NCBI RefSeq assembly: GCF_004010195.1
Contig: NC_057756.1
Location: forward strand, 4,371,603 to 4,423,523
Direction of reading: 5' to 3'
Source of the DNA: Chiloscyllium plagiosum
Taxonomy: Eukaryota
Length of the DNA: 51,921 bases
Part shown: positions 43,501-51,921 of the stretch, piece after piece
How the letters are laid out: each line of letters starts with the position of its first letter
Numbering within the stretch: the first letter of the stretch is position 1
Position numbers and translations under genes: made by a program
The notes under the pieces: model-generated
Database searches by the model: none
The model's input: only the letters and a program-made list of their open reading frames with translations
Told to the model about the DNA's origin: nothing

Positions 43501-46500
43501 CAATAAAATTATTAATCATTCACACCAAAAAATCAGAAAACAATGTCATATAAGATGGACACATGAGGACCAGTAACTTGAAATTGGCAGCAATGTTCTG
43601 CGATTTGCTCCACAGACCACAAACAAATGTTGATGGAGAGTTCCTTGTCTGAAAGTCTATGCATTCCCAGTTCAAATGTGGGGCACTCTCATCCAGGATG
43701 TTGGAAACTCTATGGCAATAATCAGAGAACATATTATTCCCGCTGGAGAAGAATGTTGTCTACACATAATGAAGATGTTATGGCTAAATATTAAGGACAA
43801 ACACATTTATCACATTGAGGTCTACACTGACTGCTGCAAAAACTGAAATAATAACTCATCCTTTGAACAATGCAGATTACGTGACTTGACACAATACGCA
43901 GGAGCACGAAAATAAACAATCTAGTCTGTTTGACTGAGGAACATATGACAGGAGAGAAGGCATCTCAATCACTGATTTTAATAAATTGTATCTACCAAAA
44001 TTCTGTATCTACATGCATCTGTCGTGGACTTATTTTGTCGAGCAGCAATTATGAGTGTTAATCAAAGGTTGTCTGTCAATGTAGGTGATCAACGTTTGTA
44101 GAACATACTTTGTTTTGGACTGAAGGTAGGTAAAGCGTAGCATAAAGTGAAATAAAAGTCAAGAATTGTCCAATACTATACGGGATGGCAATTATGTCAG
44201 TGATTCAAACTTCAAACCCCATTGTGTCAAAAGCACAGTACCCGTGAATAGTCTATTGAAGACAAATACATTGGTAGTAATATGCCATGAATTTTTGATT
44301 GAATTTTAATTACACAAGCATATGTTGCACAAGCTGGAGAGTCTGACGTTAAAGTGATTACATTGTTCAATCGTTTCTTACATGAAGGTACCTTTGGAAT
44401 TTGAATAATGAAAAAAGAATATTTAGCAACATTTTATTGATCCAGTAAAGCATCAGAATGTAATCCATCTGAAGTTAAATCAGAACAAGTTTCTAAATGC
44501 TATTGCATTAAAGGAGGCCTTCCTCATAGATTTGGGAAGAAGATTGCAGAGCATTTCATGAGGTAATATTCCGCCCTCAATAATGGCTTCAGTTGGTTGA
44601 TTTGTGAAGGAAACAACAATGTTATAGTAAAAAACTGCTGGTCTTATTTCTTTCATGGGTAGGCCTCCGCATAGCACAGTGTTGCAAAACAAAAAATGTG
44701 ACAGAGTGTGAGAAAGCTTTATGGTCAAATGAATTCATTAACTCTCATGTTTTGTGGAATCATTGGATAGAACATCAGAAAAATAGTCTAAGAACATTAT
44801 CATTACAAAAAAATAACAGAAGCAGATCTGAAAATTACCTTAATATTTCCAGCATGGTTACTCAGTTTTCCGAGGGCATTCTCTGAAAAATGCATTATGT
44901 TCTTGGGCCAGAAGATAGCACGATTCTTCATTTCAGATATGTTACAGAGAGATATTGGTCACATTCAAGTTGCAATTTTTTTACCTGATATCCTCCAGGA
45001 CACCGTGAATCGTTTAAAAATTATGCCCTTTAGGTCATCAGCTTGCCAGACAAAATAGAGGTTGCTTTAATATGGTACCTTTAAAACCACAATAAATGAT
45101 CAGCCTTGCATGCATGTAATTATATCGCTCTGGTTGGGATAATGAGAATGTTATTCTTTTACTTATTGCCAATTGTTTAACTGAATGAGGGGACTAGTTT
45201 CCAACCATTTTGTCTAATTTTATACATAACGGATAAGATATAACATCTTCTAAACAAGAGGAAAGACCAGTTTCATGTTAGATTACAAATTTTATTCCGC
45301 TAGTAGCTCATGCAGGGCTGCTATATCATTCAGTCAACAACGACCATGAATAAATTGAATATAAACATGCAAACATCTGAAGTTTGCATTTCCAGATGTA
45401 TGAAGTATGAACAGAGTTTTATGTGCATTGTCAGTTGCGAATGAACATTTTTCTCCAGGCAATGACAGAGAATGGCTAAGGATAATTTATTTTGTGTAGG
45501 TCTCAGTGACATATAGACATGTTAAGACAACGAACAAACATTTGTTTTTGTTATTACTACAGTCAACTGCATCTGCATAGTCTCAATTAGACTAATTTTT
45601 AATTCTATACCTTAGCTAATTTTGAATTCACGTCAGATTTGGCACGATGTCACCAAGTCTTTTGCTTGGGCCTATGTCCCCCAAGTGACTACCAAGCCAT
45701 ATCCCGCACCATGAGGTCAACAAGTGCAAAATAATGTGTTTTTTTAGGATTGAAAAGCAAAAATCCATTAATATGCGATGGGAAAATACACTTCGAATTT
45801 AACTGATCACACAAACTAACCGAATTGAATCAGCAAATGAATCAACTGTTTTATATTTAGATTTTGAGGAAACATGATTACGAGAGAGCCCTCTTGCTGC
45901 ATCGTGGTAGTGTTGTAACCCCTGAAGTGGGATGCCTGCATTCAAGTTCCACCTTCTTAAAATGTGCACAATAAAATCTCTCAAGTTGTCCATTCGCAAA
46001 ATAGGTCAAATAAGAAAAAAGAATGAGAAGTAATCATGAGGACGAGAATTCACAAACATTGTTGGCTCTGCTTGTAAGGAAGGTGTGGAATAGAATTAAT
46101 GAAGATGAGGCAGAGGTAGACTTGGTATACAAGAATTGATTTTGTTTTTACCATTCAATTAGGAAAGTTGAGCTATTAACTGTTTAAGACATGTTTTTTT
46201 GTGTAAAGAGACTGTACAAACAAAATGCATCTGTTGCATTAAAGAAGGATCATTACAGTTGAGCGAATTGATGTTAAAAAAGTGCATAATCCTTAATAGA
46301 AAATTATTTTGAGACATCACCTGCTGTAGAAGAGTTTTGTTACAGGGAAGCATAGTTCTGTTACATTTTGCAGAACTACTGACTAAACTGATTCAAACTA
46401 ACTGATGTCCCCAGTTGCATTAGTTCTAAGCTTGAAATTTAAACTATATTCTGCAAAGACGTTACAAAATTCAGAGCAGAACGAATATTAGTCTCCAATT

Positions 46501-48428
46501 CTTCGTTTAGATGATTACATTGTCAAACGTATTTGGACCACATTTCGTTCGGAACCAGATCTGTTAAAGGAACTCTCGCAGGATCTTGACGTACACTAAC
46601 TTAAAGTTGTAAAAGTCACTGCCTCAAATAAGAGGATCGATGTAAATTTCCAAAGACCAGTAATTGAAATAATAATCAGCTGTCCCCAAAGTTTATTTTC
46701 TGTTGATGATATGTTGAAATAGAGTGCAATATAGAAGGACAGTGTTTGGAAAGTAAAAGTTCTGTCAGAAAATGGCAGTAACTTGATGTCATGATAAGCT
46801 TTGCCAAATTTAACCTTGCAAAGACAGTTGTGACTACCTTGTCCGTTCGACTAGGCCATACCATACGCTGTCAAGAGGGAAAAATGCATTCATTTGTGCA
46901 TTTTCACATTATGAACACTAAGTGGGCAACAATAGGTTTATTTATCGATGAGTTATTTCGAGAAAAAAGGTGTAAGATCACTAATACAAATGACCAATGA
47001 ACAGGTGCATTCTAAACAACATCTAGGTAATATGTTATGTGTGCATAAAGAACTTTTCAGGAGTAAAATGCCAGTTTGTTGATAAACCAATGTTGACTGC
47101 TTGGAATTTGTTAATGCGTTCAAGGTGGAGACCTATGAAAGTGACCTGGAATAAATGCTTGCTATAAAGGGATAATTTGAACAAAGAGAGAAACACCTTC
47201 ACACCAATTGAGAAAACTTATGTCAACTCTCGTGCACATACAATCAAGTGAAATAAAGAAACCCAAAGCCTTTGTTTTTCATTCTTGCAGGTAACATTGA
47301 GTGTGATATATTCAGGAGTCTCAAAAACGAATATTCCAAGATATGTTAGGCAGATGACGTTTATGAAGTGCAATCTCAACTGGAGAGAATAAATTTCAAA
47401 AACTGGTACATTTTGTTAGATAGTCTTGAAGCAGGTTCAGCAGGAAGTATAAAACAAACGAGTTGAGATAGTAAAATACTTCCCTAACATTTGGGAAGCT
47501 TTACAGTCAAGTAATAATATCATCCGAACTCTGTAATCTCTATCTTTGAAGAATGAATAACGCAACAACAAATTGATTGGATTTAACATCCTGAAGTTAT
47601 GGATTTTACCAGAATCTTGAAACAACTGCAGGGCTTCGAAATCGACTATTGTAGGATATCAAAAGAAAGACAAATCAAATAATTGAACACTTACGGATGT
47701 TTTCCAACAGAGGGAAACATACTGCAGTAAGCGTTTTGACCCAATGAATCTTGGGTGACTGACAAAACAAGGAGGTGAATACATGCTGCTGAAGATTTTG
47801 AACATGTTGGAAATCTTCAATGGAAAGTTTCAGAGATATTATGAAAGAATGACTTGAAAAACAAAAGCTTCAAAATAAAACAAAACAAAGTATTACCTCT
47901 TCAAAACAAAAGTTCACAGCTTGGCAAAGTAAAAGATCCTGCAGAGGACTTCTAGTCTCCTCAGCCTCCATTGATTTGGAGTAAACAACTCGTGTTAAAT
48001 CGCAAAAAAAAAGCAAAGTGAAAGGAAATATGCACTTGGACTTTGCAACTTCAACGTCATGTGCAATATTACTAAAGTTAAATGAGAGCAAAAAAAACAA
48101 TTTTCTTGGAACATTTTGAAATAGTCCATGTCACTTCGGAAATTGTTAACTTTTTGATCTTGGTTTCATTCTCTTCTTTTCGCAGAAATAAAACTTTTAT
48201 TGTTTTGCTTGGTTTCCTTTTTTAATTTGATATTTCATTGATTTCATTTATGTTCTTCTATACACTCTAACTTAAATGTCAGCTTTCATCAAAACATTGG
48301 TGAAACCATATTTGAAGTTAAAGGCTTTTGATTCTTTGCTTGAGTATTTTATTAGTTGTGATGAAGATAATATCACTTAGTTTTACATATTCTCCAAACA
48401 GAGCTAAAACTACGTGAAAAAAACAAGG
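1540..48428 (+). CDS. Internal part of an unidentified multi-micro-exon gene encoding a long coiled coil with a 21-aa repeat (span; exons listed separately)
   Basis: 16-17 AG..GT-bounded segments with lengths divisible by 3, all phase 1 and on the same strand. They mostly alternate between 27 and 36 nt and join without a stop into an E/K/L-rich heptad sequence. Confidence 0.8.
2781..2856 (-). pseudogene. Degenerate tRNA-Pro(TGG)-like sequence
   Basis: Reverse strand reads ggagcATGATTCTCACTTTGG-aggatgataggaatcc-AGGGGTCTCAAGTTCAAATCCTGGcacaag, resembling vertebrate tRNA-Pro (ATGATTCTCGCTTTGG..GGTCCCGGGTTCAAATCCCGG); stems are disrupted. Confidence 0.6.
2861..2927 (-). pseudogene. Second tRNA-like or SINE-head remnant with Pol III A/B boxes
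   Basis: Reverse strand has TGGTGTAGTGG (A box) followed by GGTTTCGACCCC (B-box-like). Confidence 0.4.
4422..4427 (+). CDS. candidate 6-nt micro-exon, EC
   Basis: tactcag|AGTGTG|gtaagt; with the 15-nt exon it completes one heptad (DENLKEC), matching the LQEC/LEDC endings of other exons; weak pyrimidine tract. Confidence 0.35.
5571..5831. other. Assembly gap (261 N) inside the Penelope element
   Basis: Run of N. Confidence 0.99.
5944..5982 (+). ncRNA. Minimal type I hammerhead ribozyme motif in the Penelope terminal repeat
   Basis: CTGAAGA-a-GGGC-tcat-GCCC-GAAAC-GTC: both core boxes, helix II, palindromic ACGT helix III and a GUC site. Confidence 0.7.
6405..6431 (+). CDS. micro-exon, 27 nt, DEQLKAKQK
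   Basis: cttccttctcacag|ATGAACAGCTGAAAGCAAAGCAAAAAG|gttcac; donor weak, peptide fits the xxxLxxKxK class. Confidence 0.7.
9090..9200 (+). mobile_element. Decayed Penelope terminus of another family with an eroded hammerhead motif
   Basis: CTGATGA-ag-GAG-cagcaa-CTC-GAAA at 9100-9124. Confidence 0.5.
10031..10895 (+). mobile_element. Older Penelope deletion derivative (inverted 5' part, end of endonuclease, 3' terminus)
   Basis: RLIFQLGT and QPYSINIDF remnants; inverted terminus at 10031-10150; 14-bp flanking duplication taacaggaagaatg at 10017-10030 and 10896-10909. Confidence 0.85.
11008..11043 (+). CDS. micro-exon, 36 nt, ELNDCQEQLKQL
   Basis: atttcag|AGTTAAACGATTGTCAAGAACAACTAAAACAGCTAG|gtaaat. 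Confidence 0.8.
11856..11870 (+). CDS. micro-exon, 15 nt, DKIKK
   Basis: ctttttgttgtggtgcacag|ATAAAATTAAAAAAG|gtaagg; sits between two 36-nt exons where a 27-nt-class exon is expected. Confidence 0.6.
12661..12696 (+). CDS. micro-exon, 36 nt, ELTGCQTFVKEL
   Basis: cgcctttcag|AACTGACGGGATGTCAAACATTTGTAAAGGAATTAG|gtgagc. Confidence 0.8.
12974..13000 (+). CDS. micro-exon, 27 nt, EEKLNSKEK
   Basis: aaacag|AAGAAAAACTCAACTCGAAAGAAAAAG|gtattt. Confidence 0.75.
13330..13814 (+). mobile_element. Possible solo-LTR remnant
   Basis: Ends ctggtccttAACA, similar to ctggtccataACA at 15239 and taccataACA at 27575; 5' boundary unclear. Confidence 0.3.
13426..13488. repeat. Imperfect (CT)n microsatellite
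   Basis: ctctctctct...ctgtctctctctg. Confidence 0.9.
13893..14236 (+). mobile_element. tRNA-derived SINE, HE1-like
   Basis: tRNA head (cctcacaatgccagggacctggtttcgactcc), central tttgtacattctccc..ggtttcctcc domain, LINE-derived tail ending gggattctatgattc. Confidence 0.8.
14650..15239 (+). mobile_element. Possible solo-LTR remnant
   Basis: Starts near TGTTATG and ends ctggtccatAACA (TG..CA with a short tgttatg/cataaca inverted terminus). Confidence 0.35.
15498..15533 (+). CDS. micro-exon, 36 nt, DLVTCKETVKNL
   Basis: ttctgctattacag|ATCTTGTAACTTGCAAAGAAACTGTCAAGAATTTAG|gtgggg. Confidence 0.8.
16731..16757 (+). CDS. micro-exon, 27 nt, EQRLADKDK
   Basis: ccttgtcaacag|AGCAAAGGCTTGCAGACAAAGATAAAG|gtaggc. 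Confidence 0.8.
16970..17272 (+). mobile_element. Old tRNA-derived SINE
   Basis: TGGCCCAGTGG A box, GGTTCG B box, body ctgccatccttacctggtctggcctccatgtgactccaga, tail gcccacattccctgaatgaattaaa. Confidence 0.65.
18295..18321 (+). CDS. micro-exon, 27 nt, EVVEFQKTC (shortened member of the 36-nt class)
   Basis: long poly-T tract then ag|AAGTTGTTGAATTTCAGAAGACATGCA|gtaagt. Confidence 0.7.
19690..19956. mobile_element. Fold-back Penelope-type short element of a second family with a hammerhead motif
   Basis: 19713-19772 is inverted relative to 19898-19954; the minus strand of 19751-19791 reads GCA-CTGAGGA-t-GTCACCT-agac-AGGGGAC-GAAAC-GTT-TGC. Confidence 0.8.
20200..20690 (-). mobile_element. CR1-type LINE 3' fragment
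   Basis: Minus-strand peptide IRGNLIETYRILN..GKMFPL..RTWEHNHRVK, typical of the CR1 ORF2 C-terminus, plus a 3' tail. Confidence 0.75.
20886..20912 (+). CDS. micro-exon, 27 nt, (K/E)VELEKKES
   Basis: atctttttgcag|AAGTTGAGCTCGAGAAGAAAGAATCAG|gtgaac. Confidence 0.75.
21270..21523 (+). mobile_element. CR1/HER1-type LINE 3' end
   Basis: Encodes YKGDIRGSFFTQRVVNA; ends in a (TTCTATG)n tail. Confidence 0.8.
21723..21758 (+). CDS. micro-exon, 36 nt, EIGDFKTKLQEC
   Basis: ttcactttgtag|AAATCGGAGACTTCAAGACTAAACTTCAAGAGTGCG|gtgaga. Confidence 0.85.
23531..23557 (+). CDS. micro-exon, 27 nt, DEKLKEKTK
   Basis: ttttacttcttggcag|ATGAGAAATTAAAGGAGAAAACAAAAG|gtgatg. Confidence 0.8.
23996..24095 (-). mobile_element. 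Penelope terminal fragment
   Basis: ggagaaagtgaggactgcagatgctggagatcag..aaaagcacagcaggtcaggcagtatccaagaagcaggagaatc matches 4680-4730 and the reverse complement of about 1278-1375. Confidence 0.85.
25815..25902 (+). mobile_element. LINE/SINE 3' tail fragment
   Basis: gggtcagtgtggacttgttgggcggaagggtttgtttccacactgtaag followed by a degenerate (taatc)n tail. Confidence 0.65.
26710..27575 (+). mobile_element. Possible solo-LTR remnant
   Basis: Ends taccatAACA; composition resembles the 13.3 kb and 14.7 kb segments; boundaries approximate. Confidence 0.25.
28946..28981 (+). CDS. micro-exon, 36 nt, EINTLKSELEDC
   Basis: tttattcaacag|AAATAAACACACTGAAAAGTGAACTTGAAGACTGTG|gtaagt. Confidence 0.85.
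30780..30806 (+). CDS. micro-exon, 27 nt, ELKFANKEK
   Basis: cttttctttcag|AGCTTAAGTTTGCAAACAAAGAAAAGG|gtaaag. Confidence 0.8.
31420..33430 (-). mobile_element. Older CR1-type LINE fragment interrupted by a younger copy
   Basis: 3' tail at about 31420; RT homology runs to about 32580 and resumes at 33381 (RRKSCFTNLIE). Confidence 0.75.
32582..33380 (-). mobile_element. Younger 5'-truncated CR1/HER1-type LINE
   Basis: KWQMECNSDKCVVLHFGK, RDLGVKVH, LEYCIRFWSPSYKKDVVKLESVQ and SRTRGHRFRVRRERYKRDLRGNIF in the minus-strand ORFs. Confidence 0.9.
34538..34573 (+). CDS. micro-exon, 36 nt, GINKLKESLNSI
   Basis: tttcttttacag|GTATCAATAAGCTGAAGGAAAGTCTTAACAGTATTG|gtaagt. Confidence 0.85.
36625..37380 (-). 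mobile_element. Decayed CR1-type LINE 3' portion
   Basis: agagtcatacagcacagagacagactcttcagtccaactcgtccatgcagacc tail, colinear with 31420-32140 and 32582-33330. Confidence 0.75.
37403..37530 (-). mobile_element. HE1-like SINE 3' fragment
   Basis: gaatccctacagtg..ccacacc..ccatgtaaccccgcattt is a diverged reverse complement of 14100-14230. Confidence 0.55.
38300..41450 (+). mobile_element. Long, heavily decayed CR1-type LINE (APE endonuclease, RT and 3' tail)
   Basis: FNARS, WDIIAITE, GGVAF, YFRPPNS, FHFPNID, SLVCKLLEGLLRDRI, DLSKAFD and SKFDD remnants in colinear order, with many stops. Confidence 0.85.
42011..43099 (+). repeat. Tandem duplication of about 540 bp (42011-42550 and 42551-43099) including part of an old CR1 3' region that continues to about 43480
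   Basis: Shared anchors such as atcttttctccccagtaatttgcaacaatgaac, gttaagagcaaagttatacg, atatataaaatgttagt and gctaatttct. Confidence 0.9.
48402..48428 (+). CDS. micro-exon, 27 nt, ELKLREKNK
   Basis: ttctccaaacag|AGCTAAAACTACGTGAAAAAAACAAGG|gtaagt. Confidence 0.85.
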
Positions 48429-49514
48429 GTAAGTAACCGAATGGATTTGATAAATAAATTAAAATTTGGGGAATTAATATCAAATCAAATCAAAGTACTT
48501 ACTCTTCACCTGGAACTTTGATTATATTATTTGTGTCACTTACTTAAAAGCATTATGACGCAGAAAAGAAAGGATTTTAAAAAAATATTTTAATTTGAAC
48601 AGTCACTACAGAAAATCATAATCAGGAATACAGCAGTTTATGTATTTGACCTTCAGTCGAATCTTAAACAGATTCTCTTTCAGGTCGGCAATGTCCAAAC
48701 GCCAGGTGTTCATTGATAGTCATTGATTTTTTTTGTTCAATGATCACTTCAATTTTTATTCGTGAAAATGGACACTAAGTTTTCCATTTTCAGAAAATTG
48801 GGAACATCACTAACAATGCCAAATTGCTTAATTGACTGAATTCAAATTCCTTCACTTATCTTCCAGCTTATGAAAATTTAATGACAGGGACTAAATTTGT
48901 TCAAATTTTCATTCGGTTGAAGACATATTCAGCTGTATTTTACTTCAAAGAATATCATTAGGTGACATGTTATGGGGAATTTACTTGGACGTGAGAGATT
49001 ATTATCTTTCATACTCTTTGTGCACAATCATTTGTTGGGAAATATTTCAGAAATTTTCACGCTCCTAAAAGCATCTAAGGGGATAATCATTTGTGATCTT
49101 CAAAGCAAACTCTCTTCTCCATGATTTTCAAAATATGCGCAAACATTTTCCAATAAGTCAATATAGGACCAAAAGAGAAGCGTTAAGCCATTCAGAATCC
49201 TTTCATCTCCATGGCTTTCTCACCATAATTGTTCAGTTTCATCCGTCACATTGTGAATAGCTATTTCCACAGCACTTGCCGTCATTTGTAGCCCGAATTG
49301 AATTATTGTCAAACAAATATATACTTGCATATCCTTTAGTTAGGTGTTCCATCCAGTAGGACAAAATTCCCTTCCTAATTACTTTCTGATCTCCTAAGCT
49401 TCCTCACTGCTGAATTCATTCACAAAAATCGTTATCTTCATTTAGAAATCTGTTCTCTCTTTGTGGTTACACAGGCAGGAGAATATAATTTCTGGATATG
49501 TTCTATATTTTACT

Positions 49515-50215
49515 GTTATAGAGTCATAGAGTGTTACATTATGGAAACGGACCATTTGAAGTAATAAGCCATGCCAAACATGGGACATTTGATTAAGTAC
49601 CTACCTGCCCCTTGCCCATGTCCGTCCAACCCTTTCTCATGCACCTATTTATCCAAATGTTTATTTTACAACATTGGAAATGCGCCCACACAAAACACTT
49701 CCTTAGTAAGTTTATTTCACATGTCAACCACCCTCTTTGTAAAAGAAATGTCTCGCTCACCTTTTTTTTTCCAAACTCTACTCTCAACATAAAAAAGCAC
49801 CCATGAGTCTTGAAATCCCCTATCCTACTATTAAGCCTATCTGAACCCCGCTTCTATAAAATTGTATGAGGTTACCTCTCAACCTCCTACACTTCAATAT
49901 AAAAATAATCTCCCATTTTATCCAGCATTTCTTTGTAACTCGATCTTCCATATCCGGCGACATGCTGGTAAATATGTTCTGAACGCTCTCCTGCTTGATA
50001 ATAGCTTTCTTAGAAATGGGGGCCAGAACTAGACACTGCACACCAGGAGAGGCCTCACTAATGTACTGCCCGATCTCAACATGACTTCCCAACTCCTGTA
50101 CTCAAAAGAATGAGCAATGATGACATGTGTGCTAAAAAGTCTTTCTAACAACTCTGTCTATATGTGATGCAAATGTAAATAATTAGATACCTGAAACTAT
50201 AGGATCTTCTCTCTC
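49515..50215 (-). mobile_element. Decayed CR1-type LINE 3' portion
   Basis: atagagtcatagag tail; RRLRGNLIQFY in the minus-strand ORF. Confidence 0.75.
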
Positions 50216-51659
50216 CAACTTTGAAACTGCAAGAATCCACATTCATTATTTTCAATCTCTCATCATAGAACAATCATTTCATCACAGCAATCAGTCAATC
50301 TAGTCTATGCTGCACTACTTCTAAAAAAAAATGCCTTCTGGCGACAAGGTAATCATAGCCTGAATAAATGCACTAGAGCCGTCTCAGTCGTCCTCAGCAC
50401 AATTAAAATGTAAATTATTTGTGCATTCAGTTCAGTCCTGACATGCTAGCAATCAGGCCTTCCAGATTGAATATTGCAATCGATTGTTATGCTTTCATTG
50501 AACTATGGACAAAAATACTGTGATCATCGTTGAGATTCATACTTTCCAATACAACAACATTTGTCTGTCTACACGTGTCTGTCTTACACATTTAAAATCC
50601 ACTAAATCCGTTTTGGTCGTTCACTTCTACTTCCATTCAGGGTATCTTTCATGCCTTCGCATGACACATGTTCCCGCATTTTTATTTAAACAATTACATT
50701 GTGATGAACGCAATTGTTAAACAGTTATATATCATGAATATAATTTATCAAAACCTGGAGGTGAAGCACTATACTTTAAAATAATTAATTGTTCAACTTT
50801 CCTACTTCTTTCAAGAATTTCTATCCATATCAAAGAAATATTCCTAGTCTCATAGTTTTAAACTTCTTTGCAATATATACATGTGAAAGATTGTTAACGT
50901 CTTCTGAAAATCAAAGCACAAAACATACACTGATTCTCTCTTAACAATTCTGCCGGTAACTCTAACAACTCTATATTTGATGCAAACAAGAATTCCCAAT
51001 TATAGATCAATGTTCACGCTGAGTAATCAGTTATTTTGTCCTTCTTTACAAAAAAAGTAATTAATTTCTTTAAAATAGAGTCACGAATTACTTAACTTTA
51101 ATCTCAGATTAATTTGCTTAAAGCTCTAATTTCTTCTATCCTTCCTTTCCAAACCTGCGTAGTTCTGTTTGCAATATGCTGATGTACAGGAATCATCGCA
51201 GAATTAATACCATATTTCCTAAATAGAACGAAAAATTATCACAAAAATCATTGATTATGTTCACAGCCATTTTATTCCTTTTCCAAAACTATCCGATAAA
51301 TTTCATCATACCAAGGGTCATTGACAAATCTACCTCGCATTTATTTCGTTGCAAGTTTTTATTTCGTCTTAGCCATTCGTTTTTTTTTCACAGTTAAGGA
51401 ATCAATTTAACCTCATCAATCTCAATCTTTTTTATGGTGTAATCTTGAAAATTTCTATGTCAACACATACATTTAATAGTTACTCGGCTTCGTCAATTTA
51501 TTGGTTTGCATGAAAAATAATTGCTCCTAAATATTCATTTTGCATGTCCAAATTTAACAATCCATTTTATATTTCTTTCCAACTTGAATTTGATCATTTA
51601 TCCCTGCTCTTTTCTGAATTTCTTTTCTTCTTTCTTCCTGAATTCTACGATTACCTCAA

Positions 51660-51921
51660 AAGACAATAGACAATCGGTGCAGGTGTAGTCCATTCTGCCC
51701 TTCGATCCAACATCACCATTCATTATGATCATGGCTGATCATCCTCAATTAGTATCCTGTTCCTGCCTTATCCCCATAACCCTTGATTCCACTATCCTGA
51801 AGAGCTCTATCCAACTCTTTCTTGAAAGTATCCAGAGACTTGGCCTCGACAGCTTTCTGGGTCAGAGCATTCCATACACCCACCACTCTCTGGGTGAAGA
51901 GGTTTCTCCTCAACTTAGTGA
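51660..51921 (-). mobile_element. LINE 3' end (CR1-type), running off the window
   Basis: Similar to 20200-20450; cattccatacacccaccactctctgggtgaaga is the reverse complement of an FTQRVVGVWNAL-coding segment. Confidence 0.75.

Noticed and set aside
44102..44125. 24-nt candidate exon EHTLFWTE with a gtaggt donor
   Set aside because: Poor acceptor and not coil-like; cannot be excluded without RNA data
47291..47350. Strong acceptor followed by GNIECDIFRSLKNEYSKIC*
   Set aside because: No matching donor or motif, and a well-formed repeat exon lies downstream at 48402; an alternative last exon is unsupported
48186..48211. Strong acceptor beginning EIKLL
   Set aside because: No in-frame GT at 27 or 36 nt, and the rest is T-rich intron-like sequence
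1..51921. CRISPR array, operon or prokaryotic defence system
   Set aside because: No regularly spaced repeat-spacer array and no dense coding; the sequence is eukaryotic intronic DNA

Overview
AT-rich, repeat-laden vertebrate genomic DNA. The repeat families (HE1-like SINE, HER1/CR1-type LINEs, Penelope-like elements with minimal hammerhead motifs) suggest a cartilaginous fish, probably a shark; this is inference. The ORF track shows no intact host gene. Reading AG/GT boundaries by eye reveals a chain of about 16-17 + strand micro-exons (6, 15, 27 or 36 nt, all symmetric phase 1) from 1540 to 48428. They splice without a stop into about 156 aa of coiled coil built on a 21-residue (27+36 nt) repeat: DENLK-[EC]-DEQLKAKQK-ELNDCQEQLKQL-DKIKK-ELTGCQTFVKEL-EEKLNSKEK-DLVTCKETVKNL-EQRLADKDK-EVVEFQKTC-KVELEKKES-EIGDFKTKLQEC-DEKLKEKTK-EINTLKSELEDC-ELKFANKEK-GINKLKESLNSI-ELKLREKNK. 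No start or stop exon was identified, so the gene probably extends beyond both ends and its identity is unknown. The introns hold decayed Penelope, CR1 and SINE copies, possible solo LTRs, a tRNA-Pro pseudogene, a ~540-bp tandem duplication and a 261-N gap. Repeat boundaries are approximate and no database search was run.
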